Origin: an uncultured virus (IMG/VR IMGVR_UViG_2531839459_000011)
Lineage: Duplodnaviria; Heunggongvirae; Uroviricota; Caudoviricetes
Strand: one strand, 5' to 3'
DNA: 64,000 nt
IMG/VR virus record: IMGVR_UViG_2531839459_000011
Shown: positions 1 through 9,656 of the stretch, one piece after another
Layout of the letters: each line of letters starts with the position of its first letter
How positions within the stretch are numbered: the stretch's first letter is position 1
The notes under the pieces: generated by a model
What the model was told of the DNA's origin: nothing
Database searches by the model: none
Seen by the model: only the letters and a program-made list of their open reading frames with translations
Position numbers and translations under genes: made by a program

Positions 1-828
1 GCCGTTTCTGCTACGGCGCTGGCTGTTTATGAGGCCAATTACGTAGCTAAGCTCTATGGAGCAAAAATTAATAAGCCTGATGGGGAAAAACTATTCTTAT
101 CCGCTAAAAAAGTTCCGTTGGCAGGTGGCGCTCTTGTCGATGATCTGCTTTCAAGAATTGCTGAAAGTGCCCGTCAAAAGGTTGAGTATGCAATTCGAGA
201 TGGTATTAATTCAGGCAAAACTAACCAAGAAATTGTTCAGCGTATTCGTGGTACCAAACGGCTTAACTATGAAGATGGGATCTTAAATGGTACCAAAACT
301 GATATTGAGCGAACGGTAAGAACTGTGCGAAGTCATGTAGCTAATCAAGCCTATCTAAATAGCTTCAACCAAATTGGCTTTGAATATGTCCGATTTGTTA
401 GCGTTTTAGATGGACGAACTTCTAAGCTTTGCGCTTCATTAGATGGTTCAGTGTGGGAAATAAATGATCCGGCAAAGCGAGTGCCGCCGTTACATCCTAA
501 CTGTCGCAGTATCTTGGTTCCGGTCGAGAAGGACGGTCAACTTGTTGGCGAACGGCCATTTGTAATGGACGAACGTAGAGTTAAAGACATCCCCAAAGAA
601 GAGCGAAGCCAGTTAATAGGACAGTTAGATGCAAACACCACATTCAAAGAGTTCTTTAAGAAAACAGATGATTTCTTTCAAAGGGAGTGGCTAGGGCCAA
701 AGCGCTTTAAGCTCTATAAAGATGGGAAATTTGATTTTGATAAGTTCTTTGATCCTGAAGGCCGTTTCTATAGCTTAGATGATTTGAGAAAGTTGGATGA
801 AAAAGCTTTTAAAAAGTTGGGTCTGTAA
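1..828 (+). CDS. Minor head / head morphogenesis protein (MuF, SPP1 gp7 family), 5'-truncated by the window edge
   Basis: Frame open from base 1; LDGRTSKLC...LDG...PPLHPNCRS motif. Confidence 0.9.
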   Translation, partial: AVSATALAVYEANYVAKLYGAKINKPDGEKLFLSAKKVPLAGGALVDDLLSRIAESARQKVEYAIRDGINSGKTNQEIVQRIRGTKRLNYEDGILNGTKTDIERTVRTVRSHVANQAYLNSFNQIGFEYVRFVSVLDGRTSKLCASLDGSVWEINDPAKRVPPLHPNCRSILVPVEKDGQLVGERPFVMDERRVKDIPKEERSQLIGQLDANTTFKEFFKKTDDFFQREWLGPKRFKLYKDGKFDFDKFFDPEGRFYSLDDLRKLDEKAFKKLGL

Positions 829-872
829 TTTTTCTTATGTTATATTTTTTAAAACATCAGAATTTATACAAT

Positions 873-1265
873 ATGAAAACAATAGCTTTTGTATGTCTAA
901 CCCTAATTTCCATCACTTGTTTAGCTGAACCAAGTCAAAAATATCTTAAAGAATATGATCGATTGTCTGAAGCTTTGGAGTCAGCAATGGCAAATGCATA
1001 TTCTTTTGATCCTGCAACTGGTCAAGTAAAACAGGCTACTCAAGGTTTAGAAGCTAAAAATAATTTATGTAGAGCTGCCCAGGCGAAACTAAACCTCACC
1101 ACGTTTTTAAAAGACAATTTAGAGGAATCTAAAGAGCTTTATAAATCTATTGATGGTGCAGAGACTCTAGATAAAAATTATCTTAGTGGACAACAGCAGG
1201 AACAACAAAATCTCGTTTCAAATTTGAAAAAAGACCTTGTTGGAACTGGATTTAACTGTGAGTAA
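873..1265 (+). CDS. Exported hypothetical protein (moron)
   Basis: Signal-peptide-like MKTIAFVCLTLISITCLA; AT-rich; terminator hairpin at ~1323-1342. Confidence 0.7.
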   Translation: MKTIAFVCLTLISITCLAEPSQKYLKEYDRLSEALESAMANAYSFDPATGQVKQATQGLEAKNNLCRAAQAKLNLTTFLKDNLEESKELYKSIDGAETLDKNYLSGQQQEQQNLVSNLKKDLVGTGFNCE

Positions 1266-1363
1266 TTATTGCCGATTACAGGTAATTCTAAACTCACTTA
1301 AGACACAATTTTCACCTATATAAGCGCCCAAATGGCGCTTTTGTCATTTATGGAGTTTGGCTT

Positions 1364-1606
1364 ATGAGTGAATCAAAAGTTAGACATTTGGTACTTAAAA
1401 GAGTTTCAGATAAATCTTCTCATCTTGCTCTTTGTGACGAGGAAACAGGTATTCCATTAGCTGGATTAACCGCTGTAAAAATGAATTGTAGTGTTTTTGA
1501 GGGTCCAGCGACTATCACGGCAACATTTGATGTAGGTGGTCCTCAAGGCATCCGCTTAGTTGGTGATGAACCTAGACAAAAGGTTTGGAGTGCAAAGGAA
1601 ACGTAG
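1364..1606 (+). CDS. Phage hypothetical protein
   Basis: GGAG RBS, 80 aa ORF. Confidence 0.65.
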   Translation: MSESKVRHLVLKRVSDKSSHLALCDEETGIPLAGLTAVKMNCSVFEGPATITATFDVGGPQGIRLVGDEPRQKVWSAKET

Positions 1607-1823
1607 CGAAAGGCACTACAAATGCCTGAAAAGCAAATCAATATGTCAGATGCTCAATATATTCTGAGCACAAAATGAATTCTGGTGCCATTTCTTCAAA
1701 TTAAGGTTTCAAGCCATGGCAATTTATGGTTTTACTTTTGAAAGATTAAAAGCAATTGCACTCATCAAATAGAACTTAATTTTTAACCATAGCACCTTCG
1801 GGTGCTTTTTTTGCGAGAAGAAA

Positions 1824-2015
1824 ATGCCAAGCCCTATTATCCAATATTTCCAATATGAACATTTACCTGAACATTTGCAGCAAGTTAGTAAGCCAATTGG
1901 TGATTTAGCTCGGCAAATGGATGAGCAACTTCCTGACGGGCCTGAAAAATCCACAGGATTAAGAAAGCTACTTGAAGCAAAAGATGCATTTGTACGCCAA
2001 GCTTTAAGTAAATAA
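1824..2015 (+). CDS. Small conserved phage helical-hairpin protein
   Basis: 63 aa, FxYxHLP...LPDGPEKSTGLRKLLEAKD motif; flanked by terminators on both sides. Confidence 0.75.
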   Translation: MPSPIIQYFQYEHLPEHLQQVSKPIGDLARQMDEQLPDGPEKSTGLRKLLEAKDAFVRQALSK

Positions 2016-2060
2016 TCATTTATAGAAATGAAGCGTCCTAAAGGGCGCTTTTTATTGCCT

Positions 2061-2126
2061 GCCGAAAGCGGATGCTAACGGCGAATCCGGGCGGATGCCC
2101 ATTTTGTATATATAGGTTGGATGACC
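2061..2126 (+). promoter_or_regulatory. Three GGAU-tetraloop hairpins in the scaffold 5' UTR (putative translational operator)
   Basis: AGC-GGAT-GCT within GCCG/CGGC, GGGC-GGAT-GCCC, GGTT-GGAT-GACC; the last ends just before the ATG at 2128. Confidence 0.7.
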
Positions 2127-2127
2127 A

Positions 2128-2895
2128 ATGAAACTTAAAACAGTAACAATCGACGGTAAAGTTTATGCGGAAGTAGACGGTGATAAGCCGATCTATATTC
2201 ATGATGACGGCAAAGAAATGCCACATGATGCACCACACTCGGTAGCAACAATTGCACGCTTAAACAATGAAGCTAAAACACATCGTGAAGCCAAAGAAGC
2301 AGCCGAAAAAGCATTAAAAGCTTTTGAAGGAATTGAAGACCCAGCGGCAGCTAAAAAGGCATTACAAACAATCCAAAATCTCGATGATAAAAAGCTGGTG
2401 GATGCCGGTGAAGTTGAGAAAGTTAAAGCTGAAGCTATCAAAGCAGTTGAGGAAAAATATGCCCCGATTGTTGCGCAACGTGATGCTCTAGAAGCCTCTT
2501 TACATAAAGAACTTATCGGCGGTGGTTTTGCTCGTTCTAAGTACATTCAAGACAACATTGCAGTACCTGTGGACATGGTTCAGGCAACCTTTGGTCATCA
2601 CTTCAAAATCGAAGAAGGCAAGGTGGTTGCATATGATCCGAACGGCGAAAAGATTTATTCACGTGTCCGCCCGGGTGAACTTGCAAATGTTGATGAAGCT
2701 TTAGAGTCATTGGTTGGTGGATACCAGCATAAAGACTTAATTCTTAAAGGTGGTAAAGGAACTGGTGGCGGTTTTCAAGGTGGGGGCAAAGGTGGAGCAC
2801 CTACTGGAATGAAACGCAGTGAAATGTCTGTTTCTCAGAAAGCAGATTACATCAAAGAACATGGCAATGATGCCTTCCTAAAACTACCGAACTAA
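2128..2895 (+). CDS. Capsid scaffolding protein
   Basis: Coiled-coil middle, Gly-rich linker, C-terminal MSVSQKADYIKEHG helix; immediately upstream of the capsid gene. Confidence 0.85.
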   Translation: MKLKTVTIDGKVYAEVDGDKPIYIHDDGKEMPHDAPHSVATIARLNNEAKTHREAKEAAEKALKAFEGIEDPAAAKKALQTIQNLDDKKLVDAGEVEKVKAEAIKAVEEKYAPIVAQRDALEASLHKELIGGGFARSKYIQDNIAVPVDMVQATFGHHFKIEEGKVVAYDPNGEKIYSRVRPGELANVDEALESLVGGYQHKDLILKGGKGTGGGFQGGGKGGAPTGMKRSEMSVSQKADYIKEHGNDAFLKLPN

Positions 2896-2922
2896 TCATT
2901 AAATATTTGGAGATAAGTAGTT

Positions 2923-3879
2923 ATGACTACGACAGTTAATTCAGACATGATCATCTATAATCAATTGGCTCAAACTGCTTATTTAGAGCGTTTGCAAGAT
3001 AATTTGAATGTATTTAACCAAGCCTCTAATGGTGCAATTGTTTATCGCAATGAGATCATTGAAGGTGATTTCAATAAAGAAGCATTCTACAAAGTGGGCG
3101 GTAGCATCAAACATCGTGATGTGAATTCAACCGCCAAAGTAGTTCCAGAGAAAATTGGTTCTGGTGAGTCTGTAGGCGTAAAAGTCCCATATAAATATGG
3201 TCCTTATGCATCAACTGAAGAGGCATTTAAGCGCCGTGCTCGTACACCAGAAGAATTTGCTATGGTTGTTGGTTACGATCTTGCAGATGCATTGGTTGCA
3301 GGCCGATTAGAGTACAGTTTAGCTTCTTTAAAAGCTGCTATTTCTAGCAATCCAGACATGGTTGCAAAAGGTAGTATCGTTGTTGATGGCCGCAAAGCAT
3401 TGACTCGTGGTATGCGAAAGTTTGGTGATAAGTTTGGCCGCATTGGATTATGGGTGATGAACTCAGATACATATTTCGATATTGTCGATGATGCAATCAC
3501 TAAGCAAATTTATGGTGAATCTGAAATCGTTATCTACGGTGGTTTACCGGGAACCTTAGGAAAGCCGGTCTTGGTGACGGACGCTGTAGGTGATAACGAT
3601 GCTTTTGGTTTGCAGTATGGCGCTGTCACTGTAACTGAATCACAAGTACCGGGCTTCCGAGCTTATGACATCAATGATGAAGAAAACTTAGCAATCGGTA
3701 TGCGTGCTGAAGGTGCATTTAACTTAGATATTCTTGGTTATAGTTGGGATACATCGAAAGGTGAAAATCCTGACCTTACATTACTTGGTTCAAGCGCTAA
3801 CTGGATCAAATATGCAACCAGCAACAAAATGACAGCAGGTACCTTACTTGATTTATCAGGTACAGCGACAACTGGTTAA
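2923..3879 (+). CDS. Major capsid protein (prophage 1)
   Basis: 318 aa, follows scaffold; TLGKPVLVTD capsid-like motif; terminator after. Confidence 0.85.
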   Translation: MTTTVNSDMIIYNQLAQTAYLERLQDNLNVFNQASNGAIVYRNEIIEGDFNKEAFYKVGGSIKHRDVNSTAKVVPEKIGSGESVGVKVPYKYGPYASTEEAFKRRARTPEEFAMVVGYDLADALVAGRLEYSLASLKAAISSNPDMVAKGSIVVDGRKALTRGMRKFGDKFGRIGLWVMNSDTYFDIVDDAITKQIYGESEIVIYGGLPGTLGKPVLVTDAVGDNDAFGLQYGAVTVTESQVPGFRAYDINDEENLAIGMRAEGAFNLDILGYSWDTSKGENPDLTLLGSSANWIKYATSNKMTAGTLLDLSGTATTG

Positions 3880-3945
3880 AACCTAAAAATTAAAACCGTA
3901 AGAGGGCTAATAAGCCCTCTTTTTTATTATTAAGAGAAAAGCGCC

Positions 3946-4611
3946 ATGAAGATTATCTATACACGCATTGCAGCAGCTGCTGCATTAGAGACGGGCATTA
4001 TTGCTAACCCTGACTATTATGAAAACCCAAATTTGAAAGCAAAAGAGGTAATTATTTACGGTAATTATCCAAAGATTCAAAAGGATTATGAAACTTTGGA
4101 AGTTCCAGTTGAAGTTCGTAAGTTGAAAGAGCCAGAAAAAACGACTTTGGCCACAGTAAATGTCGCAGTGGGAATTACCCCTGAACTTCAAGCTGTGATG
4201 GATGATGCAAAAGCTGAATGTGAAAAGGTGGTTGAAGAAAACACTCAGCTTAAGCAAAAAATTGCCATCTTAGAGCAGGCTGGTGGTAACCAGTCAGAGT
4301 TGTTATCTGAGAATTCACGATTAAAAGATGCAGCAGTCTTAGCAGATAAAGCTCTCAAAGATGCTGAAGCTCAAGTGTTGGGTATAAAAACTGAATTTGA
4401 CGCATTTAAAAACGATATTCCCGCAATGCAAGCACGTATTGCTGAATTGGAAGCTGGAAAAGCGGAAGAAAATCCAGCTACAGAAACGGCAGCTAATGAT
4501 TTTGAAAATTGGTCAAATGATCAATTAAAAGAGTATTTGGCTAGTAAGAACATTGGCTACAAGCCATCTGCAACAAAAGCAGAACTCCTTAAATTGATCC
4601 CTAAGGAATAA
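3946..4611 (+). CDS. Coiled-coil protein with C-terminal HeH/LEM-like domain
   Basis: C-terminal WSNDQLKEYLASKNIGYKPSATKAELLKL; typical post-capsid position. Confidence 0.75.
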   Translation: MKIIYTRIAAAAALETGIIANPDYYENPNLKAKEVIIYGNYPKIQKDYETLEVPVEVRKLKEPEKTTLATVNVAVGITPELQAVMDDAKAECEKVVEENTQLKQKIAILEQAGGNQSELLSENSRLKDAAVLADKALKDAEAQVLGIKTEFDAFKNDIPAMQARIAELEAGKAEENPATETAANDFENWSNDQLKEYLASKNIGYKPSATKAELLKLIPKE

Positions 4612-4615
4612 TGCA

Positions 4616-5005
4616 ATGAGCTTTATTACTGTAGATGACGCAAATTCAATTTTGGGCAGCGATTTTGCACCAGACAGTGATAAAGCTCGTCTGGTAAAGC
4701 TGGCAAATGTCTGGATGAAAAAACGGATTGGTTTTGTACCAGATCCAATTGATCCACTTCTTAAAGATGCTGCATGTGAAATTATCAAAGGAATTCTGGC
4801 CAAGGAAATTTATAACGGCAAAGACCAGCAGTTGAAGCGTAAGAAAGTTAAAGCTGATTCTGTTGAGTCAGAAAAAGAATATCAAGACGGATCTGAAGCA
4901 ATCTCTAGCTTTGAACAGATAGCAATTGATTTTATTGATTCACTTGATTTGAAAGATCCAAATGCAAGTTTTAATGGCTTTGGCATTCCACTTTACAGGG
5001 CTTGA
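4616..5005 (+). CDS. Head-tail adaptor protein
   Basis: SFITVDDA...LKDAACE...KVKADSVESEKEY pattern; position in module. Confidence 0.7.
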   Translation: MSFITVDDANSILGSDFAPDSDKARLVKLANVWMKKRIGFVPDPIDPLLKDAACEIIKGILAKEIYNGKDQQLKRKKVKADSVESEKEYQDGSEAISSFEQIAIDFIDSLDLKDPNASFNGFGIPLYRA

Positions 5006-5006
5006 T

Positions 5007-5375
5007 ATGGGCTTACGTGACGAAATTCAGGCAGACATTGCTGAAGCATTTAATGATGATTTGGCTGACGCCGTTCATACCTTTACATGTGAGCGGATTT
5101 CAAAAACGAATTGGGATCCTAAAACTGAAACTTATGTCGAAGTTAAAGAAAACTATTCTGGTCGTGGCGTTCTGTTTGGCTCATACAGTCAATATGAGAT
5201 TCAGACGCTTGGAGTACTGGCAACGGATAAAAAGGCTACCGTGCTTCAAAATGAAGTGACAATGGCTCCAAAAATTGACGATGAATGGCTAACAGCTTTA
5301 GGCTCATTTCGAGTTATCCATATTCAACAAGATCCAGCCAGTACAATCTGGAAATGTCAGCTTCGAAAAGTGTAG
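5007..5375 (+). CDS. Head closure / head-tail joining protein
   Basis: C-terminal QDPASTIWKCQLR; position in module. Confidence 0.65.
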   Translation: MGLRDEIQADIAEAFNDDLADAVHTFTCERISKTNWDPKTETYVEVKENYSGRGVLFGSYSQYEIQTLGVLATDKKATVLQNEVTMAPKIDDEWLTALGSFRVIHIQQDPASTIWKCQLRKV

Positions 5376-5383
5376 GGGCTAAA

Positions 5384-5791
5384 ATGGTTAATCCTGATTA
5401 TGTTCCTGAATGGTATATCTCGCCTTTTCAACATGTGCAGTACACGCTTGCTCGAAATCAACTACACATGGATTTGTTATTTGAAGATATGGATAAGGCC
5501 GATCAATTTTTGGATATGGGAGCGGATGCGCAAGTTAGTACTTTTTCTGATGGTGCATATGCGATTGTCCAGATTGGGGATACATCCGATAAAGATCAAA
5601 TTCAAGTTTATGGATTGCTTTTACATGAAGCTGTTCATGTCTGGCAAAAGATGAAAAAGCTAATGGGTGAACGAGAACCGAGCTCTGAGTTTGAAGCTTA
5701 TTCAATTCAGGCGATCGCTCAGGATCTCTTTAAGATGTATGAGGAAAGCGAGGTTAAAAGTCATGGGATGGAAGGGGAAAAAGCCGTCTAG
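5384..5791 (+). CDS. HEXXH-motif (zincin-like) phage protein
   Basis: LLHEAVHVWQ plus downstream SEFEAY. Confidence 0.65.
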   Translation: MVNPDYVPEWYISPFQHVQYTLARNQLHMDLLFEDMDKADQFLDMGADAQVSTFSDGAYAIVQIGDTSDKDQIQVYGLLLHEAVHVWQKMKKLMGEREPSSEFEAYSIQAIAQDLFKMYEESEVKSHGMEGEKAV

Positions 5792-6131
5792 TTTTAGTCT
5801 TGATGTGTCTAAAGCAGCAGAAGACCATGTGAAGCATATTGTTATGGATACTGTGCAATCTTTAGTTAATTTAAGTCCCGTCGATACTGGTGCATACCGT
5901 GCTTCACATATGGTTTCGGTTGGATCTGGTGACTATGGCATACGTGGACCTGAAACTAACCCAATTCAAGATGCCGCTATTCAAGCCGTGAAGTTTAAGT
6001 TGGGCAATTTAGTTTATATCCAGAACAACCAGCCTTATGCAGAGCGCTTAGAAAATGGGTGGTCTGATCAAGCACCACAAGGAATTTACAACACCACCTT
6101 TACCTTTATTTCTCAGAAGTATGGCGGCTAA
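5763..6131 (+). CDS. HK97 gp10-like neck protein
   Basis: SPVDTGAYRAS and NNQPYAERLENGWSDQAPQG motifs. Confidence 0.85.
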   Translation: MGWKGKKPSSFSLDVSKAAEDHVKHIVMDTVQSLVNLSPVDTGAYRASHMVSVGSGDYGIRGPETNPIQDAAIQAVKFKLGNLVYIQNNQPYAERLENGWSDQAPQGIYNTTFTFISQKYGG

Positions 6132-6132
6132 A

Positions 6133-6531
6133 ATGGCAATGACTTTAGAGCAGACAAGGCAAGCTATTATCGATCGCATGCAAAGCTTTACAGGTATTAC
6201 GCAAGACAGAATCCAGTATCCAAATTTACCAGGCTTTAATGTACCTAAAGATGGTGTTTGGTGCCGCTTAACGATTGCAGGTGGTCCCAGTTTTACTTCT
6301 GGCATTGCAGATAAGCCATGTACTCGCCGTACCGGTAATATCATGATTCAATGCTTTGCACGTCCCAATTCAGGAATAATTGAAATCACAAAATTGAGTG
6401 ATGCATTACTTGCTCATTTTGAATATTTCACAATCGAACACTTAGAATGTTTGAATGGCCAATCTATTTATGCGGGTAAAGATGCTGACTTCATTCAATA
6501 CAATGTATCAATAAGTTTTTTAGTTAACTAA
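6133..6531 (+). CDS. Tail terminator / completion protein
   Basis: Position before tail genes; IQYPN...WCRLTI...GNIMIQCF pattern. Confidence 0.7.
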   Translation: MAMTLEQTRQAIIDRMQSFTGITQDRIQYPNLPGFNVPKDGVWCRLTIAGGPSFTSGIADKPCTRRTGNIMIQCFARPNSGIIEITKLSDALLAHFEYFTIEHLECLNGQSIYAGKDADFIQYNVSISFLVN

Positions 6532-6599
6532 AGCACATAACAAACCAATCTTTCACTACCACCTCATCGGTGGTTTTTTTATGTCTAAAGGAAACACTT

Positions 6600-6953
6600 A
6601 TGAGCAATCATGTTTTTAAGCGTGGTGACACTTTCAACTTAAATCTTCAGCTAGTTGATATGGATGAAACTTTGCAATATCCACCCGATGATATCCGTCG
6701 TGCAATTGATCTAACCGGTTACACCTTTACTTCACAGATTAAAGCTTTGGCTGATGGAGCAGCTGTGGCTACCTTGACTTGTGCAGCACTAAACCAGAGT
6801 ACACAGAAGGGATGGCTGAATATTAAATCAGGTGCAAGCACAGCAGCTTGGCCATTAGGTTTATGTCAGATGGATATCAAGGCCGTTGTTAGTGGTAATA
6901 CACAACATACCGAAACCTTAACCTTTCAAGTAATTGACGGGGTGACAGCATAA
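6600..6953 (+). CDS. Virion structural protein (BppU-N-like; KRGDT motif)
   Basis: FKRGDTFNLNLQL start and TETLTFQV end; coupled to next gene. Confidence 0.6.
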   Translation: MSNHVFKRGDTFNLNLQLVDMDETLQYPPDDIRRAIDLTGYTFTSQIKALADGAAVATLTCAALNQSTQKGWLNIKSGASTAAWPLGLCQMDIKAVVSGNTQHTETLTFQVIDGVTA

Positions 6954-8101
6954 TGGCAAATCTTGTATTCAAATTTAGTTGGGATCATCGGCCATTCCCC
7001 TATAACGCCTCACAGGGCAAGCGGCAGTTTATGCTGCCATTTGCTTCGGGCATCCCTAATCTAAATCCTAACTTTTCACAAGTTCAAGGAACTGCAGCAA
7101 TCTCTCAAGGGGGTACTGGAGCAACCACTGCAGCAGAAGCGCGAAATAATCTTGGTGCTGCTGAAAAAGGTGTAAATACTGACATTACTGAAATGAAAGG
7201 TTTAGCTACTCCACTTTCAGTTGCGCAAGGTGGAACGGGTGCTTCTTCTACAGCAGGTGCTCGTTTAGTTCTTGGTTTAGGTGATATAGGGACTTCTGGA
7301 TTTTTTGGAAGTAAAATTAGCGAGCTATATGACAAGGTGTCGGTTCCACAATGGATAGCTGTATTAGGTGATAACAAGTTTGCATTTATTTCGAATGGTG
7401 ATTGGCAGGGCGGTAATGTAAATAACCCTTTAAATATGCCGAATCGCTATGGATCATTAATGTCATATTTGGGGTCAAACTCATACGGAACTTATTCTTG
7501 GCAATTCTTCAAAGGTGTGCACGGGCACCAAATGTCATATCGATATGGTGCTGGATCTGATGCATGGTCAGCATGGGGGCATTTTAAAACTAGTTTTAAT
7601 ACCTCAGTCGATGCAAATGGATTCTTAAAGTCAGCATCACCAGTTGTGAAGTTATTTAAGGATCATATTGAGCTAAATAGTGATGCAGAAAAGCAGCCTA
7701 TTGAATTTAAGAAAGTCGATGTAGGCGACTATTTACTTAAAGGCTCTTTAGGCTTTGCTCAAGAAGGTTGGTATATCGAAGTACCTAAGGATGCCAACGG
7801 TAATACGGTAGTAGCAGTTGAATATTCAACCTTAGAAAATGGTGATCTTTCTATTAAAACTTATAAACGTAAGTTTGATGTGGAAAAGGCAGCCATTGTA
7901 GCTGATCTCGAAAATCCACTTGATATTCCAGAAGGCCGCTGGATTGATATCCGTCTGCATGAAGAACCTGAACCAGAGCCTGAAGAGCCGTTGAGTGAAA
8001 CACCAGTGGATTTCCAGCCGACTAACTTATCTCAGGCAGTTGCTGCAGCCATGAATGGCGTGGAACCGCCAGAAATCTCAGAAACAGACGAAACACTTTA
8101 A
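6953..8101 (+). CDS. Tail fibre protein
   Basis: Two QGGTGAxxAAxARxxLG fibre repeats, knob-like segment, C-terminal VDANGFLKSASPVV...IPEGRWIDIRL domain. Confidence 0.8.
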   Translation: MANLVFKFSWDHRPFPYNASQGKRQFMLPFASGIPNLNPNFSQVQGTAAISQGGTGATTAAEARNNLGAAEKGVNTDITEMKGLATPLSVAQGGTGASSTAGARLVLGLGDIGTSGFFGSKISELYDKVSVPQWIAVLGDNKFAFISNGDWQGGNVNNPLNMPNRYGSLMSYLGSNSYGTYSWQFFKGVHGHQMSYRYGAGSDAWSAWGHFKTSFNTSVDANGFLKSASPVVKLFKDHIELNSDAEKQPIEFKKVDVGDYLLKGSLGFAQEGWYIEVPKDANGNTVVAVEYSTLENGDLSIKTYKRKFDVEKAAIVADLENPLDIPEGRWIDIRLHEEPEPEPEEPLSETPVDFQPTNLSQAVAAAMNGVEPPEISETDETL

Positions 8102-8153
8102 TAACCCGCTTAAACAGCGGGTTTTTTATTGCCTAAATTTTGGAGAACCATAA

Positions 8154-9071
8154 ATGAGTTCAGGCGCAAAAATTCGATTATATGCTTGTGAGGAAGCAGT
8201 TTTAGGAACAACTCCTGCAAATCCAGTCTGGTACACCGTTCGCCGTGTTACTGATAGTTTGACTGAAAATGTTACTACTGAAGATAGCAGTGAAGTAGTT
8301 GATTCACGTTTTCGCCAAGGCGCTGTTGTAACGGAAGCCGAAGTAACTGGTCAACTAGAGTTTGAATTATCACTAGGTACCTTTGACTTATTCTTAAATG
8401 TTCTCGCTTTCAATAACTGGGCTGCAAATGCTTTAAGTTTTGGTGGTGGAGTACGTAAGTCTCTTACCTTGGTAAAAGTCTTTGAAGATATTGGTCAAGT
8501 CTTTATTTATCGCGGTATTCAAGTGAATACAGGTGAAATGACGATCCAGACCACAGGCAAAATCACTGGTAACTTTGGTTTAGTAGGTAGCTCATTTACG
8601 CGACAGCAGGTTAATCCTGTTACAAATCCTATTCCAGCATCGACTCGCCCTCTGGTGAGTATGCCAAACGTTGAAAAGCTACTTATTAATGGTCAATCAA
8701 TTCAGGGTAAAGCTTGTCTGCAGACACTTACCATCAACTTTAGTAATAATCTGGAAGCGATCCGTTGTATCGGTTCTGGTAAGTACACGCCTGAGTTTTA
8801 CTTAGAGAAAATGATGGATATTGGCGTAAATGCTAATTTCATGTTCTCGGCAACTTCTGCCGCATGGATTGATGCTATTAAAACCCGTGATGTATTTACA
8901 TTGACCTTTGATATTACAGATACCAAAGGCAGTAAGTACTCGTTTAACTTCCCGCAACTTGAAGTTAAGGAAGCAAATCACCCGGATGGTGGTGGCGATG
9001 ACATCATTACAATAGATATCAATTTTGCCCAAGTGCGTACTAGTCCAACGATTGTACGTGCTCTTGTGTAA
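8154..9071 (+). CDS. Major tail tube protein (prophage 1)
   Basis: 305 aa, EEAVLGTTP N-terminus, directly upstream of the tail chaperone. Confidence 0.85.
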   Translation: MSSGAKIRLYACEEAVLGTTPANPVWYTVRRVTDSLTENVTTEDSSEVVDSRFRQGAVVTEAEVTGQLEFELSLGTFDLFLNVLAFNNWAANALSFGGGVRKSLTLVKVFEDIGQVFIYRGIQVNTGEMTIQTTGKITGNFGLVGSSFTRQQVNPVTNPIPASTRPLVSMPNVEKLLINGQSIQGKACLQTLTINFSNNLEAIRCIGSGKYTPEFYLEKMMDIGVNANFMFSATSAAWIDAIKTRDVFTLTFDITDTKGSKYSFNFPQLEVKEANHPDGGGDDIITIDINFAQVRTSPTIVRALV

Positions 9072-9140
9072 TCAGCTTATTCAGTAACAAAGCCTATGGA
9101 ATCCCATGGGCTTTTTTATTTCTACAAATTAGAGGTTGCT

Positions 9141-9656
9141 ATGGCTTTAAAAGTCGGAATTATTAAAAGCTCGGACGTATCAAAATGGTGTGAATACAAA
9201 GGTGCTGATGGAGAGGTACAGGCAGAGTTCAAAGTCCGTGGTATCGCATATAAGCCTTTTCAGGTAGCTATTGAACGAGCAGGTAACCAGATCTCGTCTA
9301 AAGGCTACGATGTAATGGTCAAAGATGAAGATGCCAAGCTTTATCACGAGTTGTTAATGGATGCATGCGCCGCCCACTTAATCGAAGACTGGAAAGGTGT
9401 GGTATTTGCCGAAATCGTAGACGGTAAAACGGTTGAATCTGAAAAGCCCTATACACCTGAGAATGCCTCAAAGCTTCTTAATCTTGGTGATATTGGTATT
9501 TCAATCTGGCTATTCATTAAAGAACAGGCCCAGAAGATTCAGGAAGACGCAGACAAGGGCAAGGCTTTAATTCTGGGAAAGTCATCGAGCTCTACAAATA
9601 CCAAAAAACGTATGCGTCGAAAACGCCGCACGAAATCGAACAAATCAAGTTCTTAG
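9141..9656 (+). CDS. Tail assembly chaperone (gpG-like)
   Basis: Follows tail tube; LIEDWKGV motif; GGGAAAG slippery site near the end. Confidence 0.85.
   Translation: MALKVGIIKSSDVSKWCEYKGADGEVQAEFKVRGIAYKPFQVAIERAGNQISSKGYDVMVKDEDAKLYHELLMDACAAHLIEDWKGVVFAEIVDGKTVESEKPYTPENASKLLNLGDIGISIWLFIKEQAQKIQEDADKGKALILGKSSSSTNTKKRMRRKRRTKSNKSSS

Noticed and set aside
1..1265. MuF polymorphic toxin plus immunity pair
   Set aside because: The MuF C-terminal extension is short with no recognisable toxin motif, and the downstream protein has a signal peptide
1622..1772. Possible small gene (MPEKQINMSDAQYILSTK*)
   Set aside because: Stops after 18 codons; at most a decayed remnant
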